53,870 nt of DNA from an uncultured archaeon (GCA_964558645.1 CAZLEV010000004.1:53472-107341); one strand, 5' to 3'; counted from the stretch's first letter, positions 29,082-39,884 are shown. A program made the numbers and translations. The notes: generated from the sequence alone by a model not told the origin.

Positions 29082-31916
29082 CTCCATATTCCCTCAACCC
29101 GGGATTTACTTCTGCAACATGGGAAAAACGAGCAGGACAGACTCGTGATTGTCGTCGCCTTTCAACTCCCTCAATCTGGGATTTCCTTCTGCGACAAGCT
29201 AACACAAATGGCAAGGCTCACACGTGAGGCTTACCCTTTCAATTCCCTCAATCTGGGATTTCCTTCTGCGACTCGCACTCTTCCAGTCTGGTCGCTTTGA
29301 GGGGGCAAACTTTCAATTCCCTCAATCTGGGATTTCCTTCTGCGACTCATTGTTGTCAGTGTGGCCAGCTGTATAACAACGGCTTTCAATTCCCTCAATC
29401 TGGGATTTCCTTCTGCGACGGGAAGTGACAAACTATGTCTTCATTCCCACATACCTCTTTCAATTCCCTCAATCTGGGATTTCCTTCTGCGACCTGTTCC
29501 GTGTGCGGTTCCACTCCCTGTGCCACTTTTACTTTCAATTCCCTCAATCTGGGATTTCCTTCTGCGACCAGGAATGTCGTATGTGATAAGTGCCGCCACA
29601 TATCCTTTCAATTCCCTCAATCTGGGATTTCCTTCTGCGACGGTGCAGATCACCCTGGAGGAGTGAGTGACCCGTGACCAACAACTTTCAATTCCCTCAA
29701 TCTGGGATTTCCTTCTGCGACGTCAAGACTGTTTCCGTATTTGAGGAAACAGTTCAGGTCTTTCAATTCCCTCAATCTGGGATTTCCTTCTGCGACTTGC
29801 AGAGATTGGAGCGTGCTGATTGTGCCAAAGAGCTTTCAATTCCCTCAATCTGGGATTTCCTTCTGCGACACAACATCAAGTCGGTAGAGTCCCTCTTCAA
29901 AATATCGCTTTCAATTCCCTCAATCTGGGATTTCCTTCTGCGACAGACTCTATTGCAGTTGGAGGGGTTGCTGAACTAGTAGTCTTTCAATTCCCTCAAT
30001 CTGGGATTTCCTTCTGCGACTAGTTCAGTCTTGTTTCCCTGTTCTTTCTCATAGGCTGCTTTCAATTCCCTCAATCTGGGATTTCCTTCTGCGACAAGCA
30101 ATATGCTTTGAGCAATAGGTGAGAACTGATGTCACCTTTCAATTCCCTCAATCTGGGATTTCCTTCTGCGACAGCAGGGTGAAACGAAATGAGTCAAGCA
30201 ACTACCCAACACTTTCAATTCCCTCAATCTGGGATTTCCTTCTGCGACCTCGTCATTGCTGGCGAGGAGATACTCTCTCTAGAGTACTTTCAATTCCCTC
30301 AATCTGGGATTTCCTTCTGCGACCTAAGCAAATCCGAATTATAGACGCAATCACCACCACCCTTTCAATTCCCTCAATCTGGGATTTCCTTCTGCGACGT
30401 CCGTCTGCTCGGTAGCGTAGTAGGCGACATCGGAGAATCCTTTCAATTCCCTCAATCTGGGATTTCCTTCTGCGACATTGTAATAGGAATTATGTCGCCA
30501 TTCTCCTCATAGGCACTTTCAATTCCCTCAATCTGGGATTTCCTTCTGCGACCGAAATAATTGGCGACCCAGAGGCTCCGGCAAAGGACTCTACTTTCAA
30601 TTCCCTCAATCTGGGATTTCCTTCTGCGACTGTATTTGGGTTTCTCTTTGCGGTACTCACCCATAGGGGACTTTCAATTCCCTCAATCTGGGATTTCCTT
30701 CTGCGACTCGTGATTGAGTAGGTACTAGGGGCTGTCCACGATAGCCTTTCAATTCCCTCAATCTGGGATTTCCTTCTGCGACGGTGGAGATGATATTCGT
30801 TTCAAGAATGCAGCAAACACCTTTCAGTTCCCTCAATCTGGGATTTCCTTCTGCGACTCTGGGACTGTCTGAAGAACAGGGGAGGTGCTCACTAGATCTT
30901 TCAATTCCCTCAATCTGGGATTTCCTTCTGCGACCTGAGAGTGCTACTGTCGAGAAGATAGAACAGGAGATCCCTTTCAATTCCCTCAATCTGGGATTTC
31001 CTTCTGCGACTGGCCTGTCCCTCCTCCGGGACCACGACCTTGTCAATGTCTTTCAATTCCCTCAATCTGGGATTTCCTTCTGCGACGGAAGACTCTGATG
31101 AACGAAAAGAGATGTACGTCTGAGAACTTTCAATTCCCTCAATCTGGGATTTCCTTCTGCGACTCCGGGGTCGGTGCCCATGCCGGAAAGACCAGCGCCT
31201 TTCAATTCCCTCAATCTGGGATTTCCTTCTGCGACCTGCGCGACAGACCAACTGTGTGTCGCCAGTACGCCCCTTTCAATTCCCTCAATCTGGGATTTCC
31301 TTCTGCGACTTGGAGGGCGAGGTCGCCCATCGCGAGGCCATGGCCGAGCTTTCAATTCCCTCAATCTGGGATTTCCTTCTGCGACAGGGTCTTGGCATGG
31401 CTCGCCTTGGCTGTGTTCCCATCTTTCAATTCCCTCAATCTGGGATTTCCTTCTGCGACATCCTGTACGAGTTCGGGAAGGACGCTGCTGATGCCTTTCT
31501 TTCAATTCCCTCAATCTGGGATTTCCTTCTGCGACGGCCTGAACAATGCAGCCAACCCACGGACCCATGAGGCTTTCAATTCCCTCAATCTGGGATTTCC
31601 TTCTGCGACGAATGAGTTGGCTGAGCAGCGAGAGAAGACATCGGCCTTCTCTTTCAATTCCCTCAATCTGGGATTTCCTTCTGCGACACAAGACACGGCT
31701 AGAGATACTACAAGATTTAGCCAAGCACTTTCAATTCCCTCAATCTGGGATTTCCTTCTGCGACGTCGCTTGGACATCCTGGCGTACTGCGTGGGGCTCA
31801 CATCTTTCAATTCCCTCAATCTGGGATTTCCTTCTGCGACCCATTTCGCAGGCTACTTCGGCCTTGTTTTGAGGATGGCCTTTCAATTCCCTCAATCTGG
31901 GATTTCCTTCTGCGAC
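29082..31916 (-). CRISPR. CRISPR array 2, repeat type A (same as array 1), 38 repeats/37 spacers
   Basis: Reverse-complement copies of repeat A. Degenerate trailer repeat at 29082-29118 (8 mismatches), single-base variants at 29159 and 30821. Confidence 0.98.
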
Positions 31917-32060
31917 CCGCAGGTTCTTCGCCCCTTTTAGGGAGAAAAGGCCTCATAAACCTTCTCTCGGCAGAGCGCGGCGGGGGTCGTCATTCTGCAT
32001 ACCTCTTTATAAGGAGCCCCGCCGCAGTCACACCCGTTCCTCGCAGAAGGTGCGGTATCA
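31917..32060 (-). promoter_or_regulatory. CRISPR leader of array 2
   Basis: Non-coding and adjacent to the intact end of the array. TATA-like AAGGTTTATGAG (31952-31963, - strand) and CTTATAAAG (about 32005-32013); inverted repeats present. Confidence 0.75.
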
Positions 32061-32298
32061 GACTGCCCACATCTTACAGAGCAGTACCTGATTAGAGTCA
32101 ACATGGTTGACGACTCTGTGGGACAGATTTCCTTTTCGATTCGACTTTCTGTTCATATGGCATAGTGGCCAATATGAATGGCCAAAGAGTTTCTCATGGA
32201 AACGCCTAGCAGTTGTTCGGGTCTTCTACCGACATGTGATCCCGTAGCAGACGAGGCGAATTCGTCTGGATATGCAGGAACTGTGTATCCCTGTAATC

Positions 32299-33021
32299 TC
32301 ACTTGGAGTCAGTACTTCTTATCGAATTACTCCAGATACGCCGGCGAGAATTCTTAAGGTAGAGAACTGTTTCGCCGAGAGACGTGATCTGAATCCAAGT
32401 TTCCCGTCCATCCTTTCCCCATTCTGCAAAGCCCCACTCAACAAGCTTGGAAACATGCCGGTAGATCCGGGCGATCTCTTGATTTATCCTCGTTTCAGCC
32501 AAGGCCTCTTTGAAGTGGGCCTTGACATCTTTGACCAGACTAGTGATGCTAGGATACCTTTTGCCTAACTTGTCTAGGACTTCAAGGATCTCGCGTTTCT
32601 GCATGCTGATCGGATTAAGAGGTAAGTGGGGAATCTCCTGCAGCTTGCGGATAGTCCTTTCTTCATCTTCAACAACCATGAAGATAGGATAGCCAGTAAA
32701 CAGACCGGCCATTGCAAGAGCCATCGTCATCACCCGGGTTCCGAGTCCGACGTGATACTCAGGAGAGAATCCATTGTAGTCTTCAGGCAATTTCAATGCC
32801 AGCGAGAGCAGTCCTTGATAATCCCAGGGGTCCACTTCCATCATGTCTACCTTGTCTGACCCATACATCTGCCGCACTTGCTCAGCGGCCTGCTTGCTCC
32901 GCTCATGACTGCTATGCAGAAGAACGACCTTTTTGATGGATCGCTCAAGCATGGCGAAATTGATTCTGTCCTGTTCATAGAGGCCAATTGTCGCGATCAT
33001 CAGTCGCTTCTTCTCGTTCAA
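32299..33021 (-). CDS. Csa3-like CARF-wHTH transcriptional regulator
   Basis: N-terminal Rossmann-like CARF (IATIG, KKVVLLHS, VGLGTRVMTMAL) and C-terminal wHTH (IYRHVSKLVEWGF...IQITSLG). Probable TTG start at 33021 (the ORF track starts at 33138). Confidence 0.78.
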   Translation of the reverse strand: MNEKKRLMIATIGLYEQDRINFAMLERSIKKVVLLHSSHERSKQAAEQVRQMYGSDKVDMMEVDPWDYQGLLSLALKLPEDYNGFSPEYHVGLGTRVMTMALAMAGLFTGYPIFMVVEDEERTIRKLQEIPHLPLNPISMQKREILEVLDKLGKRYPSITSLVKDVKAHFKEALAETRINQEIARIYRHVSKLVEWGFAEWGKDGRETWIQITSLGETVLYLKNSRRRIWSNSIRSTDSK

Positions 33022-33332
33022 AGATAACGTCCCCTTTTGCGATGAAGAAACTTCATCATAAATCATGTCTGTATCAATCCGGACGGCATTGTAGCCTGTC
33101 AGAGAACGAGATGATATAGAACCAAGATATAGATCCACGAAAAGGGAATCGTTGCATTTGGGACAATTACTGCCGTTGTCAGGCGACGATTCCTTCTAGT
33201 GCAGCAATCCCCCTTGTCGCAGGCGTTTCTGATTCCTACCAAAAGCCCCATAGCCAAAAGACTCTTTGGTATGAACTGGCATGATATCAAATCAGGTTCG
33301 CTAAAAAGCGGCACTAGGGCAATTGAGCATAA

Positions 33333-34865
33333 ATGGTAGTGGGTTTGTATCTGCTCACTGAGGTGAGAAAGCTGAGCATAGAATCTAGGATATCCGAATG
33401 GAGAGCGCTTGTGGACAAAGAGAATTCAGAGAAGGCAAGGGAGGTCTACCGAGATATGCTTCCCGATATAGTTGAGAACGTCAGAAAGACATTCTTGCCA
33501 AGAGTGACCATAGGGGATATTCAGGAAGAAGCAACTCTTTTTGCGTCTGTAGGATTCAGTCCCGAACCTTTGGTGCTCAGCATCTCGGCAATCAGACCGA
33601 AGAAAGTGTTCTTCATCCAGACTAAGCAGTCCGAGAGGACTGTCAATGAAGTAGTTGATATTCTAGGACTGAAACCGGAGCAGTTTCGAAGGCTCTCCGT
33701 TTCGAATGATGATGTTGATGTTTACCGAGAGGTAAAGAGAGTCGTGAAAGGGCTTGAAAGTGCAAGAAACGTCTTTGTGGATATCACGGGTGGTACAAAA
33801 CTTATGTCAGGTGGTCTCTCCCTCATAGCGGCAATACGGGGCTTCAATGTCGTATACCTCAGACATAGGATGATTAAGGGGAATGTTGAGCCTATGAGCG
33901 AGAATCTTGTTCTGCTCAGAAACCCCTACGATGTCTTTGGCGATTTGGAAATCCGCGACGTAATTGAACGAGTGAATCTAGGGCGACTGTCTCAGGCGAT
34001 TGCACTGCTTGAAGAGCTGGAATACAAGGTGGCTGACCCCAGGCCTATTACGGTTCTTGCAGATTACTGCAGACTGCTTGAGGATTGGGACTCTTTCAAG
34101 TATGACAGCGCATTCGCAAGGATTGGTGGCATCGAGAAACGGATCAATCAGTATGGAGTCTTGTTGAAGCTGGGAGATATTCTCTCAGAACAGAAGACCA
34201 CCTTGGAACGATTGTCCCATACAATAGGGGTTCCCTTCTTTGATATGCTATGTGATGAGAGAAGTGCCCAAGCAGCGATTCTAGATATGTACTCAAATGC
34301 CGACCGGCGTATGGGTTTCGGAATGTTAGCAGATGCATCTTTGAGATTCTATCGCACTGTTGAGCTCGTGTCTCAGCATCGACTGGCCAAGTTACTAGCA
34401 ATCGACAGCGGCGATACTACGGGCGCCGACCTAAACAGTGTCCTAATTAGCGAGTACAACAAGCTGAAGAAAGATCGGAGCCATGAAGACGAGAACCTTC
34501 CTGAGCGTCTAGGACTCATAGAAGGGTTCAGGCTCCTATTGGCGGCACGGGACCCATGCATGGTAGAGTACCTGAAGGAATTCGCAGAAGAGCCACAACT
34601 TGACCCTGAGCACCCAGGATTCGTGACCATTGCCAGAGGATTCACTAAGTATCTTATCTCATGCACCGAAGAGCGAAATCAACTCACACTGATACACGGA
34701 TGGAACTATGGCGAAACCCCCAAGAGACTTCCTTCTCTGGCTAGAGGGCTCTTACTAGCACTGCTATCCTGCCGAGAAACCGAGCTTGAGGAAGAACTAG
34801 CCAAGTTCTGTTTCCCGAGATTTGATACTGAGATACTCGAGCTTGACAAATACTGGTCGGCCTGA
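33333..34865 (+). CDS. CARF-HEPN ribonuclease, TIGR02710/Csm6-like
   Basis: SVGFSPEPLVLSI, VDITGGTKLMS, NPY..FG, R.YR.VEL..Q.RL, HEPN-like RNQLTLIHG. Possible CTG start at 33372 after GAGGTGA. Confidence 0.85.
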   Translation: MVVGLYLLTEVRKLSIESRISEWRALVDKENSEKAREVYRDMLPDIVENVRKTFLPRVTIGDIQEEATLFASVGFSPEPLVLSISAIRPKKVFFIQTKQSERTVNEVVDILGLKPEQFRRLSVSNDDVDVYREVKRVVKGLESARNVFVDITGGTKLMSGGLSLIAAIRGFNVVYLRHRMIKGNVEPMSENLVLLRNPYDVFGDLEIRDVIERVNLGRLSQAIALLEELEYKVADPRPITVLADYCRLLEDWDSFKYDSAFARIGGIEKRINQYGVLLKLGDILSEQKTTLERLSHTIGVPFFDMLCDERSAQAAILDMYSNADRRMGFGMLADASLRFYRTVELVSQHRLAKLLAIDSGDTTGADLNSVLISEYNKLKKDRSHEDENLPERLGLIEGFRLLLAARDPCMVEYLKEFAEEPQLDPEHPGFVTIARGFTKYLISCTEERNQLTLIHGWNYGETPKRLPSLARGLLLALLSCRETELEEELAKFCFPRFDTEILELDKYWSA

Positions 34866-34904
34866 TAAGACACTCCAAAACGAATGGAGGGACTGATTCA
34901 GAAA

Positions 34905-35627
34905 TCACGGAGTATTCGTGGTGACCCGGTCAATGCAATTCTGAAGGCTCTCGCCACTCGCCGGGGTGGGCGGAGCGATCCCAAGTATCTGAGAAGGAGT
35001 CTTCCTCAATTCAACCCGGTAGGAATCAACATGAACACGTCCGTGGCCGATGGTCGACAGCCCTCCAATAGGGAGGTTACCACATCCAATCTCATCAACT
35101 ACAAAGCATAGAATCCTTAGTGGATCAGGCAGCATGAAGTTCTGGAGGCGCAGTTCAAAATCAGCAACCATTCCGGGACAGAGTGATTCGAGAGAAAAGA
35201 GGCCTCCGTCCGCAGCAGTTCGGGAGGACCGGTCAATTCGTACGTGAGGCCTAGTTTCCGCGATGTTTTCGCGAAAAATCACGTCGGAAACACGAAGCGC
35301 ACCACGTAGAGAGAACTTCTTGCCGGTCCCACTATCCAGGTCTGAAACTCCAAAGATTATGTCTGACCACTTCAAATCAGCTTTCCCATATCCATGGACA
35401 TCTACCGAGATCCCATTCCATTCTTCTCCCTTAGTTGTGCTCTCGAGTCTAGTAAATTCGGACCGTAGCAATCCTTTGATGGAACTGCTCTTCACAATGG
35501 GATGGTCTCCGCATCTCAAGACCGACTCAGGAGTCTCACCAATAGCACCTACACGAAGAGGAGACTCTAATCTCAGAATGCCACTGACAGTCATCTCACT
35601 AGACATTGTCCGATAATCAATATCCAT
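34905..35627 (-). CDS. csm3: Cas7-group RAMP (Csm3-like)
   Basis: SPLRVG, SSSIKGLLRS, IFG, RPHVRIDR, GGLSTIGHG G-loop. The ATG overlaps the upstream stop (TAATG). Confidence 0.88.
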   Translation of the reverse strand: MDIDYRTMSSEMTVSGILRLESPLRVGAIGETPESVLRCGDHPIVKSSSIKGLLRSEFTRLESTTKGEEWNGISVDVHGYGKADLKWSDIIFGVSDLDSGTGKKFSLRGALRVSDVIFRENIAETRPHVRIDRSSRTAADGGLFSLESLCPGMVADFELRLQNFMLPDPLRILCFVVDEIGCGNLPIGGLSTIGHGRVHVDSYRVELRKTPSQILGIAPPTPASGESLQNCIDRVTTNTP

Positions 35628-36751
35628 TAGACCCCCTCCCAAAGAACCACATTGTTCAGCTGAGACCGTTTCAGTATATCTTGTCCAACTCCAAGCAATT
35701 CAGTTCTTGCTATCTGCTCATAATCTAAGGACTCGGGATTGCCCACCCGATAGACAAACACACTGCCAGGACGGGCTGCATGTATCAGAGGTTTCTGAAG
35801 ACCTGTCCTCATTGACCAACCAGTGAATATACCGGTTCGACCTTTTGCACGCTCAAGACTACAACCGGCGACAGACTCTACACGTGGTACAGAGTAGAAC
35901 CCCTGGTTGGACTCAAGTATTGTCGCAACTCCCGTTCTGCAGATGAGTGCAAACCTTCGGTATTCTTCGACAACTCTCTCAATCACCGGCACTCTTCTGT
36001 CCAAGAACTCACTGGCAGTTTCTTCTAGCGTGGTGTTAATACTGACGACTCCCCAGCCTTTAGATCGTCCCGCACCGATTTGAATGAGGCCTCCGCCAGA
36101 CATCAGTTCTTTGATATGATCCACAATATCAGCTTCTACGGTGATGTCTGTAACAAAGGGTTTCTCAGAAATCATTGTCTGAACGAAGAAGAGACCTCCA
36201 TGTTCTGCCGAACCAATCGAATCGTCAATTCGTACACCCGGTTTGGTATTCATCGAAGGTTTCTCAAGAGGAGACTTGCAGTTGATGCATACAGGACCAC
36301 TGTATTGAATCCTAAGGTAATCGGCCTTGTGTCTGTCGCAAAAGCTAGACGTTGATAGGGAACCTGTAGTCACGAAGTCTTTTGTTTGATCCACAGGACT
36401 GGACTCGGGAGATGCTGAACATATCTTACATGACAGATAGGTGCTCGGGGCGTTCGGTAGGCACTGAGGATTCGAACAGCTGCATCGCGGCAGGGCTGGC
36501 GAACAGGTCGAAAAACCAGGAACAATCCTGTTCGGAAACTCGCATCTTTCTCTGTCTTCACATCTATGGCAGACTGTGTTGTCTCCATGGGGACATATCT
36601 CCCGTCGGATTGATGATAACAAGGCACCACGAACTTTCTTCGCCGAGATAATCGAAGATGTTAGGTATTGATTGCGATTGGGAAGGTCTTCCCGAGACGA
36701 GATATCAGACTTAGGAACAAGCTCCAGATTGAGGTGATACGAATCACTCAT
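35627..36751 (-). CDS. Cas5-group RAMP (Csm4/Csx10-like), Cys-rich
   Basis: VRGAL, GVRID...SAE.G.LF, IGAGRSKGWG, GWSM....KP...A.PGSVF, terminal GVG. Confidence 0.78.
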   Translation of the reverse strand: MSDSYHLNLELVPKSDISSREDLPNRNQYLTSSIISAKKVRGALLSSIRREICPHGDNTVCHRCEDRERCEFPNRIVPGFSTCSPALPRCSCSNPQCLPNAPSTYLSCKICSASPESSPVDQTKDFVTTGSLSTSSFCDRHKADYLRIQYSGPVCINCKSPLEKPSMNTKPGVRIDDSIGSAEHGGLFFVQTMISEKPFVTDITVEADIVDHIKELMSGGGLIQIGAGRSKGWGVVSINTTLEETASEFLDRRVPVIERVVEEYRRFALICRTGVATILESNQGFYSVPRVESVAGCSLERAKGRTGIFTGWSMRTGLQKPLIHAARPGSVFVYRVGNPESLDYEQIARTELLGVGQDILKRSQLNNVVLWEGV

Positions 36752-37364
36752 GGATAATCAACTCCTTCATCAGTTGGTCAAGACTTTGTTCGTGAGGGCC
36801 TAAATCAATAGCAACGCGACTAGCTTGTCGCCCAATACCAGTACGTTCTATGTGCTTCAGAGAGAGCAAGAGAAGAAGCTCATCTATGTTTCCTGAATTG
36901 GCCTCTGGCTGTGGAGAAGGCGATAAGAAGAGCGATGAAGAGAAGGAAACACCAGCTGGGACTACTTCGTAACTGAACAGAGCATGGGACGCTACGGATC
37001 GCGTTCTATCCTCGAGTCTGATGCCAGGGACTCTATCAATCTGAATATCGCTATCAACTACTCCATCCATCACGACCACCCGGCCTGTATGGTTTGGTGC
37101 CCCAAAGAGATCAGAGATGATTCGATTGTCTTTGTGATTAGAGATTACTGAGAGAGTATCTGGGCTGGCAGTTTTTCGAAAAGCAGGAAGTAGTGAGCGT
37201 AGATTTGCTCGAATTTTTCCTCGAAGGGTGCTACTGGGAATGAAAGGTCTGCCGGCTCGTTTCTGAATCGCTGCAGTCCGCGGATAACCAGAGTGTGCAA
37301 GACCACTACCAATATGTAGAGTGTCAAGAAGCGATATGGAGTAGTTTATTCTCTTCAACTGCAT
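36744..37364 (-). CDS. csm3: Cas7-group RAMP (Csm3-like)
   Basis: LHIGSG, PFIPSSTLRGKIR, LFG, GIRL...TR.V...ALFSYEVVP. Confidence 0.85.
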   Translation of the reverse strand: MQLKRINYSISLLDTLHIGSGLAHSGYPRTAAIQKRAGRPFIPSSTLRGKIRANLRSLLPAFRKTASPDTLSVISNHKDNRIISDLFGAPNHTGRVVVMDGVVDSDIQIDRVPGIRLEDRTRSVASHALFSYEVVPAGVSFSSSLFLSPSPQPEANSGNIDELLLLLSLKHIERTGIGRQASRVAIDLGPHEQSLDQLMKELIIHE

Positions 37365-39883
37365 CCCCCCGTCATGATATTGGCGATGGAAGCGGCGTCG
37401 AGAAGACCTATACGTCCACCAGAATCTCCAATCAATAATGCTCCTATTTGACCATAGACTTGTGCTGAACGTTTCTTCACGTCTGACCTTCCTAGTGAGT
37501 ATATCGTATACGAAAGACCGCTTCCCCTGCTAGACAGATAATCAACAGAGTCTTGGACCGAATGGGGAACATCCAGTTGCCCCAGGACCTCTGTAGCGGC
37601 ATTCATGAAGTCCTTCAAGTAGACATCTTTAGTCTGATTCCTCTGAAGGGCAAGCTGGTATTCTACAGAGCGTCGTATCATTTCTTCAAGCACAGCCTTG
37701 CCATCCAGACAGCCGCTGACTGCCAACAGGATGGACTCTGACATCCCACGAATTATGTGCGGCCGCTGTGAAAACTTGTTATCGTTCAAGAAGCTGTGTA
37801 GTTCAGAAAGATCCTCATGCGTGCTCAGCGATCCAACCAGCTGTTCATAGTCAAGAACGAGTAGAGGTAAGTCATCTGAGCTCAGTTTACGAGTCTTCTT
37901 CTTGCAGCCTTCAAGAAGGCTCTCTGCAGCATCAACCACCAATCGTATAGGATATGTTGGATCAAAAGTCACTACGGAAAAAGAAAGAGCAAGTCGTCCG
38001 GAAAAGAGTCTTCCAAACTCTTCGCCAATCTTCAGTGCTAGCTGTATACATAAGGCAGATGGGCACAGCAACATGAAATCGTCGCCTCCCACATAGAGCT
38101 GGCCTAGATCAAGCTGGAGTCGCAATATGTGCTTCATCCGCTCCACTTCGCGAACGCCAAGCTCTTCTAGACTATCGGCATACGCTTCGACTAGCCATTC
38201 CATGGCTGACTCAATGGCCAAATCAAGGCCCTGTGAGAGAAGCTGACTCTTTTCGATAAGGGCAGACAAACTCTGCGTGTCAGCAAGAAATGCACCCGCC
38301 AGATTAATGTCTGACTTGATTAGTGCGATGTCATGACAAAAGAGAGAAGCGTTTGCCCCCAAGTCGTCACCAGCCATGAATTCCAGCACCTGAGGGCCGA
38401 TATTCGACCAAGGATGCTGTAGAAGCTTCTCGCCGCTCGGGCGGTCGGTGGTTTCTGACTCAAATATCGCGCGGAACGAATACTCTTGGCCGAAATTATA
38501 GAGGTCTGCACAGCTGGTACAGTAGGCACGTCTGGTTTCGCCAATGGTCACCAACGAAGTCGCAGAACGAGTATGGCAAGAGTCACATCTCAGTTCAATC
38601 CCTAAGGACATATGAGCTTGTTCTGTTCGCGTCAGATCATCTTTGAGAACCACTAGTCCTGTTCTAACTCTGTTCAGATGATCAACAAAGGGAACCTCTC
38701 CAATGCTCCCATCACTGGAGATGTAGTCGAAACTGGCAGCGTGTGATACTAGCCTAGGGCCGCCCACTGTATTATCAAAGGCGGAACTAAGTCCTACCAT
38801 GACCTCTTGCGCGAGTCCAGTGCTGACCATGAGAAGAATGCTTCCACCTCCTGAATAGACAATCGACTCAAGGCCAACGCCCATATCCCGAAGAACGGAA
38901 TGAAGAGACTCTCTTCCATTCTCTGCTAGAGCCAAAGCGTCCTTCATGAATCCCTGGATCAACGCAGAGGCAGCCTTCATCTGGACGAGTCGGTCTGTGT
39001 CCCGTATGAATGACTGAATCCCGGACACGTCCGAGAAGATCACGGTTACCGGACCGTCGAGAGGAGTTGCGTCATTGGTCTGCAGGGAGAATGATGCATC
39101 CAGATACCGGTCCATTAGCTTGCCTATCCTCTCTCGCGTCAGCGAATTCCATTTCTCAGGGGAATCAAAAGCATCAGGTGACCAATCAATATCATCTGAA
39201 CTCATCTCGAGGAATCGACTCTTGACTCGTTCGTAGCCCAAGGCATACAGCCACGCACTATTCAACATCTTGGTAAATTCTGCATCGCTGAGTTTCTCGA
39301 GAACCCCATCAATAATATTCTTCTCAGCAATTCTATCTAGGAATCGTTTGACCCTGTTTCGTGTCAGGTTTGGGTCAACTTCGAAACTACCCGGCCGACC
39401 CCAACCATACACCAAAGCTGCAAACCTCTCAAAAGACATCTCTTCAGGTTCATTGATGGAGGATTGATTCAGCAACCGGGCCATGAAGAGGGCAGTCGAA
39501 ATGAGTTGTTGGGAAACAATTGAGGACACATTCAACCCAACTCGAGAGTCTGGCGGAATCTTCCTCATCATGCCAACGACTGGCTTAAGATTTTCGAGCA
39601 GACGACTGACCTTCGCGGGATCCTTCTGGGTGATTCGGCTCAGAGTTGCCACAGCAGAAAAGAAATCGATTGACGAATCTGCGATTCGAAGAACCAATAC
39701 CAAGAAATCACACAATTCCCACAATGATTCGGAATCACCGATTCCGGAATATCCAAGAACACTCGCAGCTTCTTGGATCTTGTCTATAGCACTAAGGAGA
39801 AGAGCCTCTTCATCCTCCACTTCTTCCCAATTGACTACCCTATCCTCCACAGTTCTTGGTGTGAAGTATCCTCTGATAATCAA
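37355..39883 (-). CDS. cas10: Cas10, type III-D (crenarchaeal Csx11/Csm1-like); cyclase intact, HD degenerate
   Basis: Palm1 SDVSGIQSFI and YSGGG, Zn finger CDSC..CTSC, Palm2 KSDIN..G and YVGGDD. TTG start after AAGGAGGT. Confidence 0.93.
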   Translation of the reverse strand: MIIRGYFTPRTVEDRVVNWEEVEDEEALLLSAIDKIQEAASVLGYSGIGDSESLWELCDFLVLVLRIADSSIDFFSAVATLSRITQKDPAKVSRLLENLKPVVGMMRKIPPDSRVGLNVSSIVSQQLISTALFMARLLNQSSINEPEEMSFERFAALVYGWGRPGSFEVDPNLTRNRVKRFLDRIAEKNIIDGVLEKLSDAEFTKMLNSAWLYALGYERVKSRFLEMSSDDIDWSPDAFDSPEKWNSLTRERIGKLMDRYLDASFSLQTNDATPLDGPVTVIFSDVSGIQSFIRDTDRLVQMKAASALIQGFMKDALALAENGRESLHSVLRDMGVGLESIVYSGGGSILLMVSTGLAQEVMVGLSSAFDNTVGGPRLVSHAASFDYISSDGSIGEVPFVDHLNRVRTGLVVLKDDLTRTEQAHMSLGIELRCDSCHTRSATSLVTIGETRRAYCTSCADLYNFGQEYSFRAIFESETTDRPSGEKLLQHPWSNIGPQVLEFMAGDDLGANASLFCHDIALIKSDINLAGAFLADTQSLSALIEKSQLLSQGLDLAIESAMEWLVEAYADSLEELGVREVERMKHILRLQLDLGQLYVGGDDFMLLCPSALCIQLALKIGEEFGRLFSGRLALSFSVVTFDPTYPIRLVVDAAESLLEGCKKKTRKLSSDDLPLLVLDYEQLVGSLSTHEDLSELHSFLNDNKFSQRPHIIRGMSESILLAVSGCLDGKAVLEEMIRRSVEYQLALQRNQTKDVYLKDFMNAATEVLGQLDVPHSVQDSVDYLSSRGSGLSYTIYSLGRSDVKKRSAQVYGQIGALLIGDSGGRIGLLDAASIANIMTGGCS

Positions 39884-39884
39884 G

